Below are positions 1 to 10,482 of a stretch of DNA of 64,000 bases, one piece after another; position 1 is the first letter of the stretch, and every line of letters begins with the position of its first letter. The notes below the pieces were generated by a model. The model had not been told where the DNA came from. It saw nothing but the letters and a program-made list of their open reading frames with translations, and made no database searches. The DNA is from Candidatus Aminicenantes bacterium. GTDB lineage: Bacteria > Acidobacteriota > Aminicenantia > UBA2199. The stretch spans positions 366,331 to 430,330 of the forward strand of contig CAWGGP010000001.1 of assembly GCA_963822075.1 (NCBI GenBank), in the 5' to 3' direction. The translations under genes and the position numbers were made by a program.

Positions 1-206
1 GCCCGCGCTGCTTGCCGGCGATCTTTGCCGTTTGCGCTTTGCCTTCCGGCTTGCGCCCGGTTTTGGTTTTCGGAACCGCGAAACCTGAATAAATATCCCA
101 TCCCAGCGGCATAAATCTGATATAATGCGGCTGCGGTCCCAGAGATCCGTTGGCTACGATCGAACACCTGCAATTTTGTGATAACGGGATAAATGGAGAA
201 ATCAGG

Positions 207-1085
207 ATGCGAACGAGACTTTGCTTTATTTTGATCCTAACGCTGGCCGGGGCTTTGACCGCGCAGACGGTCCCGGCGGCGAATAACGCCTTCGTGAAGC
301 CCCACGCTTACGTTTATCGCGAAGTCGACGGGCAAAAACTGAATGCCTACGTGTTTCAGGCGCTTGCGGAGAATTCGGGGAAACCGACGGCCGCCGTCCT
401 TCTGTTCCATGGCGGCGGTTGGGTCGCGGGCAGGGCCGCCTGGACCTCCAGGGAAGCCCGGCGCTTTGCCGACCTCGGCTTGACCGCCATCACGGTCGAT
501 TACCGCCTTTCGGCGGGGACGATCACGCCGATCAAAGCCCTGGACGACACGCGGGCCGCGTTTCGCTGGGTGCGCCGCTACGCTGTGGAGTTGAACATCG
601 ATCCGCGGCGCGTCGCCGGCTACGGCGTTTCGGCCGGCGGCTACCTGGTCGCCGCCGCCGCGACCCTTGCCGTTTCCGGCGGCGAGATCGACGGCACGAG
701 CTCCAAACCCGACCTGCTGCTGTTGTGGTCCCCGGCGCTCGACGTCGCGGCCAACCGCCGGTTCGTGAAGTTGCTCCAGGGCCGGGCGAGCGCCGCGGAT
801 TATTCGCCTCTCGAGCATGCCGGCGCCGCGACGCCTCCGACCTGCATCATCAACGGCGACAAGGACCATATCACGCCGCTGCAAAAAGCCGAGCGCTTCC
901 GGGACCGGGTGATCCGCTCGGGCGGGATCTGCGAACTGTATGTCTACCCCGGCGTGGGTCATCTCCTGAGCCGCAACCTGAAGGACCAGAAGAACAACTT
1001 TGACCCGGATCCCAATTCCCGCGCCGACGGCGAAGCTCAACTTGAACGTTTCTTAAGAAAGCAGGGTTATCTTTCCGAAAAATAA
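207..1085 (+). CDS. alpha/beta hydrolase (esterase/lipase-like, probably secreted)
   Basis: ORF 150..1085. It has an HGGGW oxyanion motif, a GVSAGG nucleophile elbow (GxSxG), and later DKDHITP and GVGH motifs. The Met at 207 opens a hydrophobic signal-like segment and is preceded by GGAGAA; the start could also be 150. Confidence 0.85.
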   Translation: MRTRLCFILILTLAGALTAQTVPAANNAFVKPHAYVYREVDGQKLNAYVFQALAENSGKPTAAVLLFHGGGWVAGRAAWTSREARRFADLGLTAITVDYRLSAGTITPIKALDDTRAAFRWVRRYAVELNIDPRRVAGYGVSAGGYLVAAAATLAVSGGEIDGTSSKPDLLLLWSPALDVAANRRFVKLLQGRASAADYSPLEHAGAATPPTCIINGDKDHITPLQKAERFRDRVIRSGGICELYVYPGVGHLLSRNLKDQKNNFDPDPNSRADGEAQLERFLRKQGYLSEK

Positions 1086-1106
1086 TCCGGGGAGGACGGA
1101 GGACCC

Positions 1107-1460
1107 GTGAGGGGCAAAGCAACCATTTCCAACTCGATCGACGGGTATATCGCCAATTTCCCCGAGGAAGTGCAGCGGAAGCTGCGGGAATTACGGGCGG
1201 CGATAAAAGCGGCCGCCCCCGGCGCCGAGGAAAAGATCAGTTACATGATGCCCGCCTTCGCGTTGAACGGGACTCTGGTGTATTTTGCCGCGTTTAAAAA
1301 GCATATCGGCTTTTTCCCCACCTCCAGCGGCATTCGAGTCTTTCAGCGTGAATTAGCGGCCTATGAAACATCGAAAGGGACGGTCCGGTTCCCCCTGGAC
1401 AAGCCCCTGCCGCTGAAATTGATAAGCCGGATCGTGAGTTCCGCGTCGCCGAAAACCTGA
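1107..1460 (+). CDS. DUF1801 (YdhG-like) domain protein
   Basis: ORF 1107..1460 with a GTG start after GGAGGACGGAGG. The sequence pattern (IDGYIANFPEEVQ..., ISYMMPAF, FAAFKKHIGFFP) is typical of the DUF1801 family. Confidence 0.75.
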   Translation: MRGKATISNSIDGYIANFPEEVQRKLRELRAAIKAAAPGAEEKISYMMPAFALNGTLVYFAAFKKHIGFFPTSSGIRVFQRELAAYETSKGTVRFPLDKPLPLKLISRIVSSASPKT

Positions 1461-1519
1461 AAAACGCCAGGGTGAAGGCGCGCGCAAAAAAATAGCCCTT
1501 TGAAAAATATCTGGAAACA

Positions 1520-2185
1520 ATGAAAAAAAAGAACGTTGCTGTCATGGAGCAGTGGCAAGGACAGCGCCTGGGCGCTGCCTGTCCTGCGCCGGCAGCCCGA
1601 CATCGAAGTCGTCGGCCTTTTCTGCACGGTCAACCGGGAATTCGCTCGCGTCGCCATGCACGCCGTCAGGATGGAGTTGGTGCGCCGGCAGGCGCAGAAC
1701 ATCGGTCTGCCGATCGAGTTCATTCCGCTGCCGCACCCGTGCAGCGATGGCGAGTATGCGGCCATCATGAAGACCTTCGTCGGGCGAGCGAACCAACAGG
1801 GGATCGAGCGCTTCGCTTTTGGCGACATCTTCCTGGGGGACGTGCGCGCGTACCGGGAGGCGAATCTGGCCGGCAGTGGCATCACACCCATTTTCCCGTT
1901 GTGGGGCATGCCTACGGAAGAGCTGTCCAGGGAAATGGTCGACGCAGGCCTGCGCGCCGTCATCACCTGCCTCGACCCAAACGGCTCTCCGCGGAGTCCG
2001 CCGGGCAGAAATACGGGGGATCATTTTTGCGGCGCCTCCCGGCCGGCGTCGATCCCTGCGGCGAGAACGGCGAGTTTCACACCTTTGCCTATGACGGCCC
2101 CATGTTCAACAAACCGCTGAACGTTATCGTCGGTGAAACCATGGAACGCGACGGCTTCATTTTTACGGACCTTCTGCAGGGATAA
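1520..2185 (+). pseudogene. PP-loop ATP pyrophosphatase (MJ0570/Dph6-like), reading frame disrupted
   Basis: The body, with the SWSSGKDS PP-loop, lies in ORF 1536..2120. The family C-terminus (LPAGVDPCGENGEFHTFAYDGPMF) lies in the other frame, in the tail of ORF 1520..2185. The likely ATG at 1520 (MKKK) is separated from the body by an A8 run (1523-1530). A second frame change lies near 1975. Confidence 0.8.
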
Positions 2186-2207
2186 TGCCCGGCAGTTCGG
2201 CGTGGGT

Positions 2208-3214
2208 TCAACTCCCGGCCGAGATCGCGGCCAGGCGGAGCCCGGTAGCCTTGTTTGCATGGGATGGTTCCGCGTCGATGCGGAACGCCGCGCGACCACT
2301 CGGCTTCAAAAAAAGAATCTCCGCCGCGGAGTACCTTTTTGCTGCCGGAGGAAGGCCCCTGGGGATCGACCGCTGGCGATTGGCCGTAATAGGTCTCCGA
2401 CCACCAATCCGAGCACCATTCATCCACATTTCCAGGGTATCGTATAGACCCCAATTGTTGGGCTGTTTCTGGGCCACGAGATGGCTGAGATTGCCGGAGT
2501 TGCCGGAGTACCAGGCCACGGCATTCAGGTCGCCGTAACGTTCTCCCGTCGTGGCGGCCGGCAGGCATACTCCCATTCTGCTTCGCTCGGCAGGCGGAAA
2601 CTGGTTTTTCCGGTCATTTGATTTAATTTTGCGATGAAGCGCTGACACTCATCCCAGGAGCCCTGTTCCACCGGATAGTTGTCCCCGCTCTGGAAATTGG
2701 CGGGATTGTTCCCCATCACCGCTTTCCAGAGTCCCTGGGTCACCTCGGTTTTTCCCAGCCATAACCCCCTGGAAATCGTCACGGTGTGCACCGGTTTCTG
2801 ATCCGCCAAGGCCTCCGCGGCGTCACTTCCCATGCGAAACGAGCCGGCCGGAATCGCGGCGAATTCATAGCGTATGCCGCTCACCGTCAGAACGCCCCCC
2901 GTATAGGTGGCAGTGGCTTCGGCCTTATCCTTTTTTTTCTTGGTCACGAGCAGGATCAGCCCGACGGCAACCACGGCACCCAGGGCCGGCAATAAAACTG
3001 GCAGTTTTTTCTTTTTTGTCATTTCGGGCCGGGCACTCTCTTTTTCCAATGCCCGGGGTGCTGCAGCTTCCGCTTGCACCGTCTTTGGCTTGGCGGCCGA
3101 TCCTGCTTCCGGTGTTTTCTTTTTGAATGGCGAGTTATCACCCATCAGAACCGCGGCCATGAAAACAATCATCATGAAGCTAGCGATCTTGCGAAGGTAC
3201 TTTCCGATAAACAT
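2208..3214 (-). pseudogene. formylglycine-generating enzyme (SUMF1/FGE-sulfatase) family protein with N-terminal TM anchor, disrupted
   Basis: Fragment 2525..3214 carries the TM segment, a K-rich linker and RLPSEAEWEYAC. Fragment 2208..2648 carries YGDLNAVAWYSGNS...NNWGLYD and the C-terminal RAAFRIDAEP...GLRLA. Fragment 2089..2568 carries GNVDEWCSDWW...VLRGG. Three frame changes lie near 2560, near 2433 and in an A7 run at 2308-2314. Confidence 0.8.
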
Positions 3215-3368
3215 GACAACCTCCTTTGGCGTTTTGTTTATTCGACTTCATAGTGAAGAGTGAAGAATGCGACGATTTATGGAAGTTGCCTATGGGGAAT
3301 TGGTATGATTTACAAAAATCATTTGTATTCATAAGCCAAGTCGCGGGCATCCCGCCTTGAAGTTGTTC

Positions 3369-3397
3369 TTGCCCAACAAAAGGATTTGCCTTATAAT
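3369..3397 (+). promoter_or_regulatory. sigma70-type promoter candidate for the LuxR-family gene
   Basis: TTGCCC (3369-3374), a 17-nt spacer, then TATAAT (3392-3397). AAGGAGG at 3411-3417 and a TTG start at 3426 follow. Confidence 0.55.
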
Positions 3398-3425
3398 CAT
3401 TTCTCGAATCAAGGAGGAACTCTTC

Positions 3426-4377
3426 TTGCGGCATTTCAACGTCCTGTCAACGGTTCTCGCTCTCCTTGCCGGAGTCTGGGCCATCTTTTATTTCAGCAGA
3501 AGTCGCGGCGTTTCCCCGATTCCCGTCTCCGCTACCTGCTGGGTTTCATGATCGTTTACAACCTGATCGAGCTCGAATCATTTTTTGTCATTTATTTCAA
3601 AAGCAACCTGACTTCCCGCCAATTGGGAAATATTATTCTTTCGCTCAAGTCGATCGACTGGCCCCTGCGCTCGCTGTTGATCCTGGGGTCGTATTTTTTT
3701 CTATTCAAGACGATCGCCTGGCTGCGTGAAAAAACGTTGCCCAAGTGGTTCGCCCCGGCCTTGTTTTTATTCATGGCCGTTTCCATGGGCTTGTTCCTGC
3801 TGGGCATGCGCTATCCGGCCTATATGCCCAAAAGCCCTCTGCTCAACTTCTGGAATATGTACATCTGGCCCCTGAACCTGTTGGAGCTGGCCTGGCTGGT
3901 CCGCTTGCTTTCGCAAAATCGCCATGTTCCGACCCCGATCGCCAGCGTTCAGACAAGGCATTTGCCTGGCTTTTTCTTGGCCTCATCCTGATGCAGCTGG
4001 CGTTGCTTGTCCTCTACGCTTTCCCTTATTATTATTTGTCTATATCGCTGGCCAAGGCGCTAATCCTTTGCACCAATCTTGCCCCCGTCCTCTGGTTGCG
4101 GTTCTATTTCACTCCCTGGGCCGGCAGCCTTGGGAAGATCATCGGCAGGCGCAGCGACATTCAGTCCCTGCAAAAGAAGCACGGCCTGTCGGCCCGCGAG
4201 TCGGAGATTTTCAACCTGGTTCTTGACGGCAAGAGCTATAAACAGATTGAAGAATCGCTCTTTATCTCCATCCATACGGTAAAAAGCCACGTGTACAGCC
4301 TCTACCGGAAAATGAAGGTGAAAAACCGCCACCAACTGGTCCATCTGGTCAGCACGATGCAGCAGGATAATTCCTGA
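3426..4377 (+). pseudogene. membrane-bound LuxR/GerE-family transcriptional regulator, disrupted
   Basis: The C-terminal HTH (LSARESEIFNLVLDGKSYKQIEESLFISIHTVKSHVYSLYRKM) is in ORF 3745..4377. The polytopic hydrophobic N-terminal part is spread over ORFs 3357..3551 and 3386..3991. Frame changes lie near 3500 and near 3945. Confidence 0.75.
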
Positions 4378-4378
4378 A

Positions 4379-4819
4379 ATGAAAGAACTTTTTACCGAGA
4401 TCGAGATCCGTGCGGACGCCGGGCGCGCGTGGCGGTTGCTGACCGAATTTGACGAGTTCCCGGAATGGAATCCCTTTCTGCGCCGCGCCAGCGGCCGGAT
4501 CGCGGTAGGAGAAAAGCTCGAGATATTCATGCGACATTCCGGGGCGAGCGGCATAACCATGAAGCCGATGGTCATGAAAATGGAGCCGCTGCGGGAGCTG
4601 CGCTGACTGGGACATTTGTTCGTCCCCGGCCTTTTCGACGGCGAGCATGTTTTCATCATCGAACCGCTCGGGCCGGGCCGGGTGCGCTTTGTCCAGCGGG
4701 AAGTATTCACCGGGATCCTGGTCCCGCTGTTCGCGCGCATGCTGGAGGCAAGCACCAAACGCGGATTCCTGGAAATGAACGAGGCCTTGAAATCCCGGGC
4801 GGAGCAATTAGCAAAATAA
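4379..4819 (+). pseudogene. SRPBCC-superfamily protein interrupted by an in-frame TGA
   Basis: ORFs 4379..4606 and 4616..4819 share one frame. They are separated only by TGA (4604-4606), at the position where the family has Trp (..[24 protein letters not shown]..). Confidence 0.8.
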
Positions 4820-4844
4820 AAAAGGTCCTTCCCGGATCTTTGCC

Positions 4845-6385
4845 CTATTCGCCGGGAGGCGGCGGCAGCGTCAATATTTCGAAGCCGTCCGCGGTCACGC
4901 GGTAGGTGTCCTCGATGCGCACCCCCAGGTCCCAGTAGGCGGGGTCGACGCTGGCGCCCTGCGGATATAGACGCCCGGTTCCAGCGTGATCACCATGTCC
5001 GGTGCCAGCACTTCGGGGGTGGGATCGTGGACGTCGATGCCGACGCCGTGGCCCACCGAGTGAATCCAATATTCCCCGAAGCCCGCCTTGGTGATCACCC
5101 TGCGGGCGGCGTCGTTGAGCTGGCGCATGGTCACTCCCGGCTTCAGGATGCGCTCGGCGGCCCCCTTGGCGGCGGCCACCACGTCCAGCAGCTTTTGCTG
5201 CGCCGGGGTGCACGTGCCCCCGATCGGGAAGGTGCGGGTCATGTCCGAGGCGTAGCCCTCCGCCATGCAGCCGATGTCGACGACGACGAATCCCTTTTTC
5301 AGCACCGCGTCGTTGCGGTCATAGTGGGGCAGGGTGGCGTTCGCGCCCGAGCCGACGATCGGCTCGAAAGAGGGGATGGGCGCGCCGTCGCGACGAAAGG
5401 CGGCCAGGATGGCGTCCTGGATCCGGCGCTCGTTGACGCCGGGGCGGGCCAGCGCCGGTACTTGGGCCATGGCCAGCGCGGTGATCCCGCCGGCGCGGCG
5501 CATGAGCGCGATCTCAGCCTCCTCTTTCACCATGCGCCGGGCGTCGATCGCCCTTCCCTGGGCGTGGCCCCTCGCCAGGAGAGTGAAGCGAGCGAAGAAC
5601 GATTGCGTCGGCGCCAGCAGGACCAGTGGCCGGGCGCCCCGGTCAGGTAGAAATTGCGCGCCGGGGAAAAGCTGAGCGTGGGCGCAGTCAGTACCGTCAG
5701 GCGGCGGCGGTGGGCCGCGTCGGGGGGCGAGCCGAAAGGGGAGAAAAGCGCCAGCAGCGGCCCCAGGCCGGCTACGGCGACGGCCCATTGTCGCCAATCG
5801 CGGGTCTCGCCCGCGGATCGCCGTTGCGGAAGCCGGCCCGCTCGCCCGCTCCGGCGGCGGTACAGGTCGTAGAACTGGATAGCGCACGCCAGCAGCGTTG
5901 GGGTGGCCAGCGCCGGGAAACTGAGCGGGATCGGCAGGGCCCAGGCCAGCAGCGGCACGCCCATGGCGCAGGCCAGCGGCGCCACCATCGCCCGCGGCCA
6001 CAGGGCGCCGGCGACCAGGCCGAGGAACGCTCCCAGCAGGGCTACCCGCGGCCGAAAGCGAAGCTGCCCGAAAAATAGACGTAGGTGAACCACAACAGGG
6101 GCAGCGGCAGCAGCCCCACCAGGGCCATGGTCAGGCGGGGCAGCCGGTCCTGAAGCCAAAGCCAGCCGTAGAAGGCAAGGAGGGCGGCCAGGGCGGCCAG
6201 CAGGTAGCTGCCCCCGGCCAGCCATGAGCTGGCGATGACCAGCGACAGCGACAGCCAGAACAGGCCGCCGCTGAAGCGCGGCAGGCGGTGGCCGCGGGCC
6301 AGGAGGAATAAGCCCAGCGGGCCGCCGCGATCTTGAATAGGACGAAAAGCCAACCCGATTCCACCGCCAGTCCAACGGCCATCAT
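4845..6385 (-). pseudogene. M24 Xaa-Pro aminopeptidase-like protein with hydrophobic N-terminal region, multiply disrupted
   Basis: The catalytic core is in ORF 4895..6001 (VKEEAEIALMRRAG, VVVDIGC, HSVGHGVGIDVHD, ITLEPGVY). The C-terminus (GVRIEDTYRVTADGFEILT) is in ORF 4845..5213. The upstream polytopic part is spread over ORFs 5527..6375, 6042..6353 and 6131..6385. Frame changes lie near 4965, 5635, 6050 and 6320. The membrane part could be a separate gene. Confidence 0.65.
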
Positions 6386-6564
6386 GCCTCCTTGAGATGG
6401 GTTATACGGATGAGGTTGGTTTTCGTTTGCCGGGCGGCGAGGGGGATTGACATTCCCCCTGGCGTCTGCAAAAATGATCCAGCGGCGGCACTCGGAAATT
6501 TGCCGCCTGGCTTGAAAGTGGAGAGAGGGTCAAGCCAATTTTGCGTTTTAAAAAGGGAGGGAAC

Positions 6565-6983
6565 ATGGCAGTCAGGACATCATCGGCGGAATGGAAAGGT
6601 ACGTTGAAGGATGGCGCCGGGACGATGAAGCTGGGCAGCGGGGCCTACGAGGGCCCGTTCACCTATGCCTCGCGCTTTGAATCCGGGCCCGGGACGAATC
6701 CCGAAGAATTGATCGGCGCGGCCCATGCCGGGTGCTTCTCCATGTTCCTGGCCGCCCTGCTGAGCGCCGCCGGGTTCGTCCCGGAGCGGATCGCCACCAC
6801 CGCCAAGGTTCACCTGGGCGAAGGGCCGACGATCACGCTGGTCGAGCTGTCACGCAGGCGCAAGTACCGAAGTTGAGCGAAGAGGACTTGAAGAAGCACG
6901 CCGACATAGCCAAAAAAAATTGCCCGGTATCCAAAGCCTTGATCGGGCCCGAGGTGACGCTGCGCGTCCAGCTGCTGAAATAG
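6565..6983 (+). pseudogene. OsmC-family peroxiredoxin, disrupted
   Basis: The N-terminal part is in ORF 6541..6876 (ATG 6565 after AGGGAGGG; AHAGCFSM motif). The C-terminal part (AKKNCPVSKAL) is in ORF 6732..6983. The frame change lies near 6845. Confidence 0.8.
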
Positions 6984-7063
6984 GCGGCGACCGGTCCCTC
7001 GCCGGCGGACGGGATCCAAGCCGCGGGCTGAAAAGATTTTTCGGCGGCAAGAGCCGGCTTTTC

Positions 7064-7612
7064 ATGATGAATAAAAATATCCGCTACATCGCTTTCTTAA
7101 GAGGCATCAACGTGGGCGGGCGCGCGCTCGTTAAAATGGCCGACCTGAAAAAGGCGTTTGAAGAAATGGGATTCGGGTACGTGCGCACCCTGCTCGCCAG
7201 CGGCAACGTGCTTTTCGAATCCGGGCCGATGGCGCGAAAAGCGATCGCGGAGAAAATAGGCTCCGGGTTGAAACGATTATTTAAGAAAGACGTCGGCGTG
7301 GCGCTGCGCGGCCTGGCCGATCTTGAGAAGATCCGGTCGTCCGAGCCGTTCAGGGGCGTCGCGGTGACGCCGAGCAGGAGGCTCTACGTGACTTTCCTCG
7401 CCGAAAAATCGCGGCCGCGCGCCATCTCCCTCCCTTACGCCTCCCCGCGGGGGGAGTTGCGCATCCTGCGCGCGACGCCGACCGAGGTCTTCAGCGTCGT
7501 CGACCTGGCCGGGGGAAAGGGAACCCCCGAGGCGATGGCCATGATCGAGAAAGAATTCGGCGCCAATGTCACCACCCGCAATTGGAACACCGTCCTCAAG
7601 GTGTTGAAGTAG
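7064..7612 (+). CDS. DUF1697 domain protein
   Basis: This is the in-frame part of ORF 6920..7612, starting at ATGATG 7064. IAFLRGINVGG...MADLK...ASGNVLF is characteristic of DUF1697. Confidence 0.75.
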   Translation: MMNKNIRYIAFLRGINVGGRALVKMADLKKAFEEMGFGYVRTLLASGNVLFESGPMARKAIAEKIGSGLKRLFKKDVGVALRGLADLEKIRSSEPFRGVAVTPSRRLYVTFLAEKSRPRAISLPYASPRGELRILRATPTEVFSVVDLAGGKGTPEAMAMIEKEFGANVTTRNWNTVLKVLK

Positions 7613-7775
7613 GACCGGCCGCGGGTTGATTCGGTCGCGGGCCGCGCCCGTTTGCTGTTGACATTTTCCCGTTCGTTTGCCAAAATCTATGGGTTGTCCC
7701 ATTGGCAGGGATGATTTTTGGGGTTGGCATTGAAGGGGCGGCGCCGGCCGGACCCCTGACCGGAGGACGGAACCA

Positions 7776-8591
7776 TTGGAAAAAGTGGCACAGGAAGTCT
7801 ATGAGCGCATCGACAATGCTATCTACCTGGCCGCCGGGGACGTTTGGCGGCGGCCCGACTCCCCATTTTCCCTGATGCAGTCCTCGTTCGATCCCGCCCG
7901 GGTCGGCTATTTTAAAAGGAAATTGCTCAATGAACTGAACGTGGACCCGGGAGGGAAAGCGGCCCTGGAGGTCGGCTGCGGCGGCGGCATCCTGTGCGAG
8001 GAGATCGCGGGCCTGGGCTTTGACGTCACCGGCATCGACCCTGCCGCGCATGCGCTACGCTTGGCCGCCGATCATGCGCGGGCCGCCGGGCTGCGCATCA
8101 CCTATGAGCAAGGATCTGGGGAGGCCATCCCGTTTCGCGACGGTTCCTTCGACGTCGTCTTCTGCTGCGACGTCCTGGAGCACGTGCGCGACGTGGGGCA
8201 GGTGGTCGCCGAGATATCCCGCGTCCTTAAACCGGGGGGCGTTTTTTGCTACGACACGCTCAACCGCACGTTCCTGAGCAAGCTGGTGGCGATCAAAATC
8301 GCGCAGGTCTGGAAACGCTGGGCCTTCGCGCCGCCCCACTTGCACGTCTGGGAGATGTTCATCCGGCCTCGCGAATTGATAGCGCTCCTGGGGCAAAACG
8401 GCCTGGAATGGAGGGAGCACCGGGGTTTGGGCCCGAATGTTTCAGCCCTGAAATTTCTCGGCCAGCTCCGCCAAAGGGCCAGGGGAAAACTCACGTACCA
8501 GGAACTCGGCGAACGGTTGTTCGCCGTTGAAAGCGGGAATCCGGGCATCATGTATATCGGCTACGCCGTCAAAAAGGGAGTTGGCAAATGA
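7776..8591 (+). CDS. class I SAM-dependent methyltransferase (UbiG-like)
   Basis: ORF 7776..8591 with a TTG start after GGAGGA. It has the LEVGCGGGIL SAM motif I and DVVFCCDVLEHV. Its stop overlaps the next start (ATGA). Confidence 0.8.
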   Translation: MEKVAQEVYERIDNAIYLAAGDVWRRPDSPFSLMQSSFDPARVGYFKRKLLNELNVDPGGKAALEVGCGGGILCEEIAGLGFDVTGIDPAAHALRLAADHARAAGLRITYEQGSGEAIPFRDGSFDVVFCCDVLEHVRDVGQVVAEISRVLKPGGVFCYDTLNRTFLSKLVAIKIAQVWKRWAFAPPHLHVWEMFIRPRELIALLGQNGLEWREHRGLGPNVSALKFLGQLRQRARGKLTYQELGERLFAVESGNPGIMYIGYAVKKGVGK

Positions 8592-10461
8592 ATAAATCCA
8601 GCCGCAGCGAAACAGCGAACGTGGCAAAAGAGGCGCTGGCCACCGCCAGGAATTGCCGGCATTACGCCATGTGCAAGATCGATTTTCTCGGCAGCGGCGT
8701 GTGCGCGTCGGGACTGGAAAAACAGTATGTGAGTTTTTATCCCGTGGGGCGGATGGACCTCTACGCCGCGCTCATGGAGAACGCGATCCCGGTCACGGAA
8801 AAATGCGTGGAAATAGCGGACAGCTGCAACCTGTGCGGCAAATGCGATTACCAGTGCTACTTCGTGAACGAGATGCGCCCCTCGCGGGTCATGAAGGCCT
8901 TGAAAGACCATGTCGCCGCCTATGTAAAGAACGGCGGCAAAGTCGTCCGGCCCGAAGAGGACGCGCTCCTTGCCGAAATGAAAAAGATCGTCGGCGCCGA
9001 CTGGGCCAGCAACGATCCCGCCATCCGCATAGCCTATCATCACGACCTTTGTCCCCATGTAATTTTCAAAATGCCCGAGTACGTCGTCATGCCCGGTTCC
9101 AAGGAAGAGATATCCTCGATCATCAAATTGTTGAACAAGAACAGGATCCCCTATTGCGTGCGCGGCAACGGCGCCTCCAGCCACGGCCTGGTGTTCAGCG
9201 AAGGGGCGGTCCTGGACCTCAACCGCATGAAGACCATGGAATTCGACGAGAAGAACTGGTCCGTGAAGGTGGGGCCGGGCATCGCGGCGTTCGACCTGCA
9301 GCGGGAGGCGAGAAAGCGCGGCTACCGGGTCCATACCGCCGAGCCGGCCGCCCTGGTCTGCGCCAACATCATGACCTCCGGCCTGCTTTCCACCTTTTCC
9401 ACGACCTACGGCATCTCGGCCGACAACTTCATCGACGCCGAGTTCGTCGGCGGCGACGGATCGCTCTTCAGGCTGAACGACATCGCCGCCCCCAACCTGT
9501 TCTCCTTCCGCAACGCCCTGGCCGAGCAGGAAGCCCTCGCGGTTTGCGTATCGCTGAGCGTGAAACTCCATCCCGTGACCGCCGACGAGGGCGGCGTGCT
9601 CGTTCCCTGCGCCTCGCTCGCCGCCGCCCTGGATTTTGCCAGGGAATGCGCGACCCGGCATATCGGGCTGGCGATCGGCATCCTGGGCGGCGAGTTCATC
9701 TCGTCTTTCATCGCCCCGACCAGGAAGCTCGCCGCCGCGGCGAAGGACGTTTTCGGCAAAAAGCTGGGCATGCCCTACCTGGTGCTGCTCATCGGTGACA
9801 CGTATGCCCTGCGCTCCGTCCGCGAGATGGGGTATCCGCTCATAGACCAGAAACTCTTCAAAACCCTTTTCCAGGGATTGCCGGCGCTGGCATCGGCGAA
9901 ATGGATGGACCTGCTGGAGGAACTCGCGGATGACGAACCCTTCTCCTACCTGCGCCTGGAGCAATTCGCCGAGCTCGCCGAAACGGCGATCGCCCCCTCT
10001 CCCGCCCTGCAGGCCCGGGACATCGACCCGGACCTGCGCCCTTTTTCGAGGAAGTGTATTCCCGGCCGGAGATGGCCGATCTGGTCTGGCTGAATACGTT
10101 CAGGATACAGAGCTCGCGCTATTGCCGGGAAAAACCCTGCGTGGCGTTCGTTTTTTATCTCCCGATCGACAACGCGCTGATCGCCGAGATCCAGGACGGG
10201 CTGCGGGCCGTCGCCGCGAAGCACCGCCTGAAAGGCGAATTCGGGTTCATTACGCCATTCGACAACGGCAAACGCTGCGTCTGGGAATACGATTATTATT
10301 TCGACCATAATGACCCGGCGGAGATCGCCAGGGTCCAGCAGGCGACCCGGGAAGCCGGCGCCCTGCTGGACGACTATTGCCGGAAGACCGGCACGATCAG
10401 GCAGGTCCGCTACGTCGTCAACCAGGGCTGCTGCCGGAAAGAAAATCTTCTGTACTCGTAG
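8588..10461 (+). pseudogene. FAD-binding (PCMH/FAD_binding_4-type) oxidase with N-terminal Cys-cluster motif, disrupted
   Basis: ORF 8588..10093 carries CNLCGKCDYQC (CxxCxxCxxxC) and an FAD-binding fold (VVMPGSKEEISSIIKLL...VRGNGASSHG). The C-terminal domain continues in ORF 10054..10461. The frame change sits at a T5 run (10042-10046); one extra T restores ...DLRPFFEEVYSRPEM... Confidence 0.7.
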
Positions 10462-10482
10462 GCCGCCATTTGAAGGAGTCAC

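Noticed and set aside
4604-4606. Selenocysteine or genome-wide TGA reassignment
   Set aside because: The aligned family residue is Trp, not Cys/Sec, and I saw no SECIS-like hairpin immediately downstream. TGA also functions as the stop of many well-delimited genes here, for example hutH, the methyltransferase and the PASTA gene.
7786-7801. TGGCAC-N5 sigma54 -24-like element (TGGCACAGGAAGTCTA), with a second copy at 14149-14164
   Set aside because: Both copies lie inside coding sequence and lack the TTGC -12 element. I found no convincing GG-N10-GC promoter in any intergenic region of the window.
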